Part shown: positions 11,090-19,920 of the stretch, piece after piece | Position numbering within the stretch: the stretch's first letter is position 1 | How the letters are laid out: every line of letters begins with the position of its first letter | NCBI GenBank assembly: GCA_001275005.1 | Contig: JWZX01002573.1 | Span: 1 to 35,888, forward strand | DNA from: Chrysochromulina tobinii | Lineage: Eukaryota | Direction: 5' to 3' | Length of the DNA stretch: 35,888 bases | The notes under the pieces: model-generated | Told to the model about the DNA's origin: nothing | Database searches by the model: none | Seen by the model: the letters and a program-made list of their open reading frames with translations, nothing else | Made by a program: the position numbers and the translations under genes

Positions 11090-12827
11090 ACACCGACGGA
11101 GTCTCCCCCCCCCCGCGCGCCTGGGCACGCGGGGGCAGTGCAAGAACGAGGCAGGGGCAGGTGGGGCAGGGCACAGCGGCAGGGCACAGCGGCAAGGCAC
11201 AGCCCAGGCGCAGTTGACTGGGCCACTCTCGGCCAATAGTAGTTCATCGGCGGAGAGCAGCAGAGAGAAGAAGCACAGTCCAGGTTTATCGAGCACGTCC
11301 TTCCCAGAAGGGGGAGGCGCGGCTGTCAGGGCACGAGGGAGTACAAGGGCACATACACAGGGACAAGATCTTGTAGCATCCGGGAACAGGAGGCGAGACG
11401 GGCATCCTGTCTCGTTGCACCTTAGATTCAGACGCCAGCTTCGGTGCTGCTGAGGCCGAGTGCCGCCAACAGTGCCGCGCAACAGGAGATAGGGGGGGGC
11501 TCCCGTCGGCAGTGACCGCGACGACGCGAGTGAGTTGACATGGAGTTAGGGTGGGGGGAGCGCCGCGACCGAACATTCGCGATGATGATCATCATGCATT
11601 GCTTAGTCCGCCCGAGGCTCAGCTAAGTGGTGTCAGCGCATAGCGTATGCGGCGAGCGGCTGTGTGGCTCGATTGCCCCGCGGTTAGCCGACTTGTCGTC
11701 CGCGGAGCCGGAGGGAGGTATCCATAGGCGGTGGCGCGCACCGCCGCACTTGTTTGCGCGCTACCTTCGTCGCGGTAACGTACAAGTGTATCGGTAATAG
11801 TGTATCATGGTAAGTCACACCAGGTCCGATAGTGCAGTGTAGTTGCCGGGGGGGCGCGCGTGTGCATCGGGGAGATGCATCGGGGTTACTTTCGCACAAT
11901 CACAAGTATGTTTCTGATCGGTCCGGAGATCGCCCCACTCGCCACTGGCCACTGCATTCCCAGCGGCAGCGCCCCCGCCGGAGCCGCCGTTCCCAGATCC
12001 CACGGCAGGCACTGTTCCGCGCTGCACTGTAGACTGTTCACCCACGACCCAGTTCGGACTTCGGTCCCGCACGGCGCCACGGGGCGCACGGGCGCATGTT
12101 AGGCGCATGAAGATGTAGATGATGCGATCCCACCCGCACCGCCGTTACCCCGGTGGGGACTGGGGTTCAGCCTTAACCCCCCGCGGCCCCCGGCGCCCCG
12201 CCCCCGGGCCCCCGGCCCCGCGCGTGCGGCCGCGTGCCGCGCGAATGGAGTGCCCGGCGCGATCGCCGGAATCCTGGAATGGCGCGAATGCAGTCGCACC
12301 CGCGGTCTACGGTCTTCGTTAATGTTGTATATATTGATAACTGAACACCGTCGACTCGGAACACCGAAGACCGTGCTAGATGTACGGTACCGACCGACGG
12401 ACCGCAATGATCAATGTAGAATGATGTCAACAGCTCAAAAGCCTCAACGACTGGCACAACTGCTTCATCCGATCGCATGACGCGAGCGGACACGTGACCG
12501 CGTGCACGCGGTAGAACGGCAAGCAAGGACTGTATGTGTATCCATACGATCGGTAAAGTAGCGGGTAGATCAGCAATCGCACCGGTTGACCCTCTCATAC
12601 ATCTTAGGCTCTGGACAGCGGAAGGCGGATGGTCGTACATGTAGGCCACGCTTCGTTCGGCCTGGGCCCTCCGCTTGGCCGCCTAGGTAGCATGGTAGCA
12701 TGCGTGCGTCTCTCCTCTCTTGGCTGCTGGCTGCCTATCAAGCGGACGCCAAGTGCAGCTGCCCAGGTACCCTAAGGTGCCCGGTACGGCGCCACGGCGC
12801 AGGCGCCCAAAGGTGCCCAAGTCTCCT

Positions 12828-15459
12828 TCACGCACGCATCGTCGCGGGGGGCGAGAGCTCGAGCGAGAGCAGGCCCGCCGACGCAGACGCCGCCAAGCCG
12901 CCGCTGCTACCACTCCCTCCAAGTCGCGCTTTGCTCGACTGCGGCCTCTGGCGCTGCAGCTGATGCTTGACAAGATTCTGCTCCCCGGGGGTGAGTGGCC
13001 CGGCGGAACGGTGTGCTTGGAAGGCATACCGGCGAGGGTCCACCTGCGGCGCCTCGGTGGCACCTGATGAGGGACGCAATTGAGAGTCATCAGCGGTCAT
13101 CAGCGGCACTCCCCACCTGAGGCGCTTCGGCAGCACCTGTCAAGAAGACCGTTGTAGGCAGCACCCCCTTCCCCATCGGCGGGAATTCCTTGTCGCGATG
13201 GCTGTAACGAACCCCGGCGGAGGCAGGCCGACGAAGATTCGATCGCGCTCCAGGGATCGCCTCGATGGTGAAGGGTGCGCTTGAAGGCGCCGAGTTGAGC
13301 TCCTCGCGTGTGGGGGTGGCCCATGCGCCCGTGACGGCGCCTCCGTCCGCCCCTCCATTCGCATGGCCAGCGCCGCCACCAACGATGGCCGCGGGATTCG
13401 TCGCGCGAGTGGTCTCGGCGGCGGCGTGAGCGGAGGTCTCCATCAGGCGCATGATGGCCTGCTGTAGGTCTCCCTGGACAGTCGATTGGGTCTTCTCCTC
13501 CAAATCTCCTAATTGGCGGCCCACCTGCATTCCGATGCCATCAACAGCCATCAACAGCCATCAACAGCCATCAACAGCCATCAACAGCCATCAACAGCCA
13601 TCAACAGCCATCAACAGCCATCAATACCATACGAATCCATCGGAGGCAATCAGAGAGCAATCACCTCGACCGCAAAGTTGGCTAGGATGGACTCGCAGAA
13701 AGCTCGATCTGCCTTCGTGGCGAGCAGCCAGCGCTCAGCCTTGGTCTCGAGCGCGCGCTCGACCTTCTCGGCGTCTGCCTTCGTCTCTTTGAGGGTGATC
13801 ACCTGCGCCCGCAATCCGAGGTCATCAGAGGCAATCCGAGGGGCAATTCGTCGCAATCAGTGGCCATCAGAGGCGCAATCCGTGGCCATCAGAGGCAATC
13901 CGAGGGGCAATTCGTCGCAATCAGTGGCCATCAGAGGCGCAATCCGTGGCCATCAGAGGCAATCCGAGGGGCAATTCGTCGCAATCGGTGGCCATCAGAG
14001 GCGCAATCAGAGGTCATCAGAGGCAATCCGAGGGGCAATTCGTCGCAATCAGTGGCCATCAGAGGCGCAATCAGAGGTCATCAGTGGCAATCCGAGGGGC
14101 AATTCGTCGCAATCAGAGGTCTCATTGCGAGTAAACACCTGCCCGTGTAGCTCGGAGAGCGCCGCCTGCACCTCGCCCTTCATGTCATCGAGCATCGCCT
14201 TGTCCACGCCTTGCGCCCCTTGCCCGCGCTCTACCTCAGCTTTTCGGAGCAGAGCACGCAGGTGCGTCTGTAAAGCGAGCACCTGCCCCTGCGTCGCCTG
14301 CTGGGTAGCCTGGAGGGTCTCGACGAGCTCGGCTGACGCCCCCGCGCCCCCGCCCAGCTGCGGGGCGAGCAGAGGTACTCAGAGGCACTCAGCGGCACGC
14401 AGTGGCACTCAGAGGCACTCAGTGGCACTCAGCGGCACTCGAGAGGCACTCGAGAGGCACTCCGAGCCAATCAGTGGCGCCGCCGACCATTTGCTGAGCC
14501 AGAACGCTCGTACGCAGCTCGCTCAAGGCGCCTGTGAGCGCGCCAAATTCAAACTTGGTAGTGAAGTCGGTTTCGAGTTTGGTGCGCAGCTCGCTGAGCT
14601 CGCGCATCTGACTCATCTCCGCGTGCGAGGCTCGCAGCTCGGCGGCTGCTGATTGGAGCTCTCGCATCTGGGCGAGGATCCTGTGCTCGAGATCTCTGAG
14701 CTGGGCGGCCGACGCCCCCGCGCTGCTCTGGAGCACGAGCCCGTGGAGCAGCGAGGTGCGACCGACGAGACGCGAGGGGCGCCTTCGTTCATCACTCGTG
14801 GGAGAGCCGCTGATGCTGGCGGCAGCGGCAGCTGCTGATGAAGACGCCGCGGCAGCTTTGGTGGCCAGGGCGGCCGTTCCCTCTGCTGCTGCGGCTGCTG
14901 CTGCGGCTGCGGCTGCAGTCGGATACCCGGAGCCGCTGCTGCTGCTGCTGTCGGAAAAGTCGAGCGGTCGGTAGCCGTCTGGCATGGTCGCGTGGCCCAC
15001 GGGCTTACCATCCTTGCCGACGGACGGCGATGCGCTGACAGCAGCGGGCGGCAGCTTACCGCCGGTCGGCTCGCACACCATCTCGATGAGCTGGCCTACC
15101 TCCTCGTCCATGCGGTCGATGAGCGCTTGGTGCCGCTCGGCGGCATCGCCAAGCGCCGCAATCTCGGCGAGAAGTGCCTCGTCGACCTTACCCTTCTTGT
15201 CGCCCATCATGGCGACGATCGCCGACGATGCGTTCGATCCCCATCTGCTGCTCAGCTTCTTCTCAAGCTCAGCATTGCGCGCCTCTAGAGCAGCCAAACG
15301 GGCCTCGAGGGCCTCCGCCCGTGCGTCACTGGCCTCCACACGCTCGACGAGCGCGCGCGTCTCCTCCACGTGTACCTCGCGTGCCAGTGCACGGATGAAC
15401 TCGCGCTGCGCATCGATGTAGGTGGATCGTGGCGATGCAGATGAAGGGTCGGACGCCAT
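12828..15459 (-). CDS. Coiled-coil protein with a DUF4795/QRICH2-like segment, 5 exons (15459-14488, 14357-14139, 13802-13665, 13524-13137, 13063-12828)
   Basis: Five ORF pieces join in frame through four GT-AG introns: VLAQQM|LGGGAG...ELHGQ|VITLKETKADAEKVERALETKAERWLLATKADRAFCESILANFAVE|VGRQLG...VFLTG|ATEAPQVDPRR. The DUF4795 resemblance is by eye only. Start could be 15498. Confidence 0.75.
13064..13136 (-). repeat. 73-nt intron with CGCTGATGAC units, bracketed by a 27-nt degenerate direct repeat
   Basis: ACAG|GTGCTG...GCCGCTGATGACCGCTGATGAC...CCCTCATCAG|GTGCC. An alternative register (13044-13116) has the same length and gives the same frame. Confidence 0.75.
13525..13664 (-). repeat. 140-nt intron containing 8 x 10-nt TGGCTGTTGA
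   Basis: GAG|GTGATTGC...GGAATGCAG|GTG. Plus strand reads tcaacagcca x8 at 13541-13620. Confidence 0.85.
13803..14138 (-). repeat. 336-nt intron containing ~5 copies of a 64-nt higher-order repeat
   Basis: CAG|GTGTTT...GGCGCAG|GTG. The anchor gcaatccgagggg recurs at 13831, 13895, 13959, 14023 and 14087. Confidence 0.85.
14358..14487 (-). repeat. 130-nt intron containing ~9 x 10-11-nt GAGTGCC(T/A/G)CT
   Basis: ATG|GTCGGC...GCCCCGCAG|CTG. A phase-0 join restores the frame. Confidence 0.8.
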
Positions 15460-15655
15460 TGACGGTTGCGTTAGTTTGGCCCCCTTACGCACCAACATGC
15501 CCGCGGACAACTCAACACGACAACACAAAGCCGAACTTCGCACGTCAATTCATCCCCCTGTCAAAATCACCATTCTGAGACTGTTGCCAATTTGGGATAA
15601 CTTTTGTCAGCGTCTTATCGCGAGAGATCGCGTGAGGCTTACTGGCACACGCGGG

Positions 15656-17026
15656 ATGTCGCCGCCACGCGACGTTTCGGCCGGCCGACCGAAGATCTAC
15701 CTGCCTACAGGCCCGGCGCGCTACTCGGGCCTCGAGGTGGACACGCCGCTCCTTTTCCTCTTCTACCACGTCGAAAAGACGGCTGGTTCGGCCGTCATGA
15801 AGTGGCTCCATAAGCTGGTGAGTGCGCACGACAGGGATCTGGGCAACCTTACGCCGCGGCTCACCTCGCTCTACGACTTCACTCACACGAGCTGCCTGCT
15901 CTCGCAACACGGCGACCTGTTCCCCGGCTATGCCAAGCTGTGGGACGAACGCCGGTGCTCCGTTCCGCACCCGCCGCCCTGGCAGCGATCAGCGACTGCC
16001 GCCGAGTTCCATGCCTATACGAAGAAGCGCTACTGGGAAGACTTTGTGCCCGTGCTGCCCCAGCTGCGCGCTAAGTACGCGGCGGCGAATGGCACGGTGA
16101 TCACCGTCACGCTGCTGCGTGAACCCATCAGCCACATTATGTCGGCGTACAAGATGTGGCCGCCGTCGCAGCGGTGCAAGGCGGGCGGCAGTTGCGACGC
16201 GTCGTTCTGCAGCGCGGTCGATGCAGCGCGGCCGAAGCGAGGTGCCCGATGCAGCGCGGTCCAGCCCTGTTCGCCTGCCGACTGCCCAACCGCGGGCAAG
16301 CATGCCCTTCCGCTGCCCTGGTGGCTTCCACGCGCCATCGGGCTCCAGGCAGGCTCACTCACTCTCGACAGCTGGCCGAATAAGCACATTGGCTTCCACA
16401 ACCTGCGGGGCTGCCAGGTGACTGCCGCTGATCGCCCGTGAGATTTCCATTTCATCTGCCACTGAGTGAGGCTTGCGCGTTCCGCTGGGTTCATCATCGG
16501 GGTTCGTCAGGTCCTCGAGCTCAGCCAGCAACGGTTGCAGACCTTCGACGTGGTGGGCGTGACCGACTGCCTCGAAGCCTTGCTTGCTCGATTGTGCACC
16601 TTCTTCAATTGGCCTTGCGCAGCGGACCGTGAACGGACGGAGCTTGCCATCTCCCAAGCGCTCCACATGAAGCCGCACGGGGTCAAGCCGGGCGGACTGA
16701 TGGCTCGCGAAGGGCTCGCCTTCTTTGAGGCCGCTCGTCAGAATGCGAGCGTGCAGCGCGATGTCGCTGTCGCCGCGCGATGCGATCGGCAGCTCTACGA
16801 GTACGCCATCCGGCGCGTTGGATTACCGTCGCTTGCCCCCCCCGAGATCAAGGTCGATCGCGCCTTGTGCGAGCGCGCGCCCTTTCTGGGCTTGAATGGG
16901 AAAGGGCTCCTTGAGCAAAGCCACTCGGGCGCGCTCCTCCCGTACCCAATATCGATCAACCAACAGGCTAGATTCTTCACAGACGTTCGATACCTTAAAT
17001 CGGCCCTGGCGGGTCGTTTGGTTTGA
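15656..17026 (+). CDS. PAPS-dependent sulfotransferase-like protein, 2 exons (15656-16417, 16511-17026)
   Basis: 5'-PSB-like LFYHVEKTAGSAV, 3'-PB-like TLLREPISHIMSAY, then FDVVGVTD and D.QLYEYA motifs typical of carbohydrate sulfotransferase families. Start codon uncertain. Confidence 0.75.
16418..16510 (+). other. 93-nt GT-AG intron, a degenerate member of the CTGA-repeat intron family
   Basis: CAG|GTGACTGCCGCTGATC...TGCCACTGAGTG...GTTCGTCAG|GTC. Removes the in-frame TGA at 16439-16441. Confidence 0.75.
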
Positions 17027-17764
17027 GAACTTTTGAGGCGTTTACACGATTGAGTTCTCACGGAGAGGTGTCGTCCGTCGCGGCACCGCAGTCGCGCGAT
17101 ACGCGACGGCCGCCCGGCCGGGCGGATCGGGATCGGATGGTCTTCTTTGTATGCTTCACACACTTAGGGATGTTTAGATAGAACAGCCCCGAGAGCTGGC
17201 CGAAGGCCGAGCTCTGACATCGCGGCGCGGTCCGGTGCGGTGACATCGACGCGACGTGGCAAGTTGCGCGCGGCGCGCCCTCCGGCGTTGCGGCTTGCGC
17301 GCCTTGCGGGATCATGTGCGGGATCGACCGAGTACGATTTCCTATTTTAAACATGCTGTTAGATGTGCCCTGTAGCGTAGTATACAGCCCAAGAGTACCG
17401 TGCCCCTATCCCTCTCCGCACACACAGTTCGCGCGCCCCAAGCACCGCCTCTAAAGACGGGAACACGGAACTCCAGACTGCAGATACCCCGCACCGGGCG
17501 CCCCCTGAGGTCCCCCCTTTCCGCACACACGACCAAACGAGGCCGAAAGGGTCACGATGTTCCAAGAGCCACGGCTGCTCCACACTGAGTCCGCTGGCTG
17601 GCTGTAGACTGATCTAAGTTGCGTCGTGTCGGAGCACATCCCCCGCGCTCAATGCTCCTGACGCACATGCTGCTACGCACATGCTGCCAACCTCCATGGC
17701 CTCAGACGGTTTGCATCGTTCCCCTTTCTGCGCGCGTTGCGCCGTCGTTGGCACCTCCGCCGCC

Positions 17765-19693
17765 TCAGAAGAGCAATGACATCGAGTCGGTCTCGATGAT
17801 GGCGGCGAGGTCGACGAGGAACTTGGCCGCATCGGCGCCATAGATGTGCCGGTGGTCGCACGTGAGCGTCACGGTCATCATCTTCTTCATCCCCATCTTG
17901 CCGTCCTTGTCGAGCACAGCGGTCGGTGTGGAAGCGGCAACGGCGAGGATGGCGCCCTGGCCGGGCGGCAGGATCGAGACGAACGACGAGACGCCGAACA
18001 TGCCCAGGTTGGAGATGGTGAAGGTGCCTGTCGAGTACTCATCGGGCTTGAGCTTGCCCTCGAGAGCACGAGGCACGAGGTCCTTCCACTGCTTGGAGAG
18101 CGTAGCCAGGTCGGTCTGATCCGCCTTCTGCAGCACGGGCGTGATCAGGCCGCCGTCGGGCATGGCCACCGCCATGGCCACGTTGATGTTCGCATTGTAC
18201 TTGATGCCGTCCGGCACGTAGCCGGCGTTCATGATCGGGTGCTTGGCGAGAGCCATCGCGCAGGCCTTCGCGAGGAGCGCCGACATGGTCACGCCCTTGG
18301 CCTTGACCATGCCGTAGAGCTTGTCGAGCTCATCGGTCGCGATCTGGCGCGACACCTGGTACGTGGGCACATCGTTGGCCCAGGCCATGTTCTTGACCAC
18401 GGCCTTCTGCATGCCATTCATCGCAACCGTGCCCACCGGCGCCGCAGCGGGCGCCTTGTCGGCTTTCTTGTCACCCGCGGGCGCGGCCTTTGCAGGCGCG
18501 GCGGCGGCGGCGGCGGGTGCAGCGGCCACAGCCATGCCCGGCACCTTCTTGGGCACCGGCTGCTCGCCCGCGGCGAGCAGCACGTCGTCAGGCATGATGC
18601 GGCCGAAGTTGCCGGTGCCCTTGACAGTCGCCAGGTCGATGTTCTTCGACTTCGCCAGCTTCTTGGCCGCAGGCGTCGCCATCAGGAGCTTGGAGACGAA
18701 GGCCGCCGCCGGGGCGGAGGCGCCACCGTTCTTGACGGCCGCCTCGACGTCCTCCGCTGATATGCGGCCCTCGGGGCCCGTTCCCGTCACGCGCGTCAGG
18801 TCAATACCCTTCTCCTCTGCCAGCTTCTTAGCAAAGGGGCTCGCGACAACACGGCCCGTCGTGGGCGCCGCCGCCGACGCCATCGCAACCGGGGCAGACG
18901 TGGAGGGCGCCGCCGCCGCGGGCGCCGCCGCCATCGCAGGCGCCGAGCCGCCGCCCACACCAGCCGCCGCCACCTTGGCAATCTCGTCCTTGGTCTTCGC
19001 AATGAGAGCGACCGGAGCGCCAACGGCGGCGCTCGAGCCCTCAGGCACGAGGATCTTGGCTAGGTAGCCCTCCTCGTACGACTCGACGTCCATGTCCGCC
19101 TTGTCCGACTCGACCACGAGCACCATGTCGCCAATGTTGACCTTGTCGCCGACGTTGATCAGCCACTGCGAGATCTTACCCTCCGTCATCGTCGACGAGA
19201 GCGCGGGCATCATGATCGCCAACGAGTCGACCATGGGGCCCGCGGGAGCGGCGGCCGGCGCGGGCGCAGCGGGTGCGGGCGCGGCCTTGGCCGCCGGTGC
19301 AGCGCCGCCCGCCTTGACGGCCGCAATGTCGGCCTTGTTGGCCACAAGCAGGGCGACGGGAGCGCCGACTGCGGCAGTCTCGCCCTCACCAACGAGGATC
19401 TTCGCGATGAAACCCTCCTCGTACGACTCAACGTCCATGTCTGCCTTGTCCGACTCGACCACGAGCACCATATCGCCCGGAGACACCTTGTCGCCCTCGC
19501 TAAGCAGCCACGACGAGATCTTCCCCTCGGTCATGGTGGACGAGAGAGCAGGCATGAGGATCTCGGTGACGTCAGCCATCGAGAGCGCGGCAACGCGCGC
19601 TGGGCGCGTGGCGTGGAGACGGCCGACGGCCGTGCGGCCGACATTGGCGCTCTGCAGAGCGCTCGCTGACGCAAGAAGAAGGCCGATAAGCAT
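17765..19693 (-). CDS. pdhC: Plastid pyruvate dehydrogenase E2 (dihydrolipoamide acetyltransferase)
   Basis: Signal peptide MLIGLLLASASAL plus transit peptide. Two lipoyl domains (MPALSSTMTEGKI...VESDKADMDVE), two subunit-binding domains, GTFTISNLGMFG and the plastid/cyanobacterial-type DHRHIYGA active site. Confidence 0.95.
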   Translation of the reverse strand: MLIGLLLASASALQSANVGRTAVGRLHATRPARVAALSMADVTEILMPALSSTMTEGKISSWLLSEGDKVSPGDMVLVVESDKADMDVESYEEGFIAKILVGEGETAAVGAPVALLVANKADIAAVKAGGAAPAAKAAPAPAAPAPAAAPAGPMVDSLAIMMPALSSTMTEGKISQWLINVGDKVNIGDMVLVVESDKADMDVESYEEGYLAKILVPEGSSAAVGAPVALIAKTKDEIAKVAAAGVGGGSAPAMAAAPAAAAPSTSAPVAMASAAAPTTGRVVASPFAKKLAEEKGIDLTRVTGTGPEGRISAEDVEAAVKNGGASAPAAAFVSKLLMATPAAKKLAKSKNIDLATVKGTGNFGRIMPDDVLLAAGEQPVPKKVPGMAVAAAPAAAAAAPAKAAPAGDKKADKAPAAAPVGTVAMNGMQKAVVKNMAWANDVPTYQVSRQIATDELDKLYGMVKAKGVTMSALLAKACAMALAKHPIMNAGYVPDGIKYNANINVAMAVAMPDGGLITPVLQKADQTDLATLSKQWKDLVPRALEGKLKPDEYSTGTFTISNLGMFGVSSFVSILPPGQGAILAVAASTPTAVLDKDGKMGMKKMMTVTLTCDHRHIYGADAAKFLVDLAAIIETDSMSLLF

Positions 19694-19920
19694 CTCCAAT
19701 GCTCGGCTCGCTCGCAGATTCACGCGAGCTCGCCGCAGAGCACACTTTTACACTTTGCGTTCACACGTTTCCGCAGATTCTCATGATGCGCGATACGCTT
19801 TTGCGCAAAACTTTGGGAGCGTCTTCTTTTCGTCGAGAGAATGCGGAAAAGCTGCGCTGTGGGAAAGCACGGCCGGCCGAAAATTGAGTCAACGCGAGCG
19901 ATCGGTCGCCCCCTTCGATT

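Noticed and set aside
12683..13063. Alternative last exon (VPPRRRRW...) via a 53-nt intron
   Set aside because: Arg/Trp/Cys-rich off-frame character; the 73-nt intron gives a more plausible frame and explains the duplication.
13541..13620. Telomere-like short repeat
   Set aside because: The 10-nt unit lacks a TTAGGG-type G-run, is internal, and is bounded by splice sites.
13811..14120. CRISPR-like regular 64-nt periodicity
   Set aside because: No unique spacers, whole units repeat, no cas genes, and it lies in a eukaryotic intron.
13513..14652. 379-aa plus-strand ORF with AINSHQQPST and SEAIRG repeats
   Set aside because: Antisense read-through of repeat introns and exons of the minus-strand gene; it is open only because the repeats lack stops on that strand.
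847..16510. Three introns of exactly 93 nt (847-939, 4125-4217, 16418-16510)
   Set aside because: No shared sequence; probably near the modal intron length.
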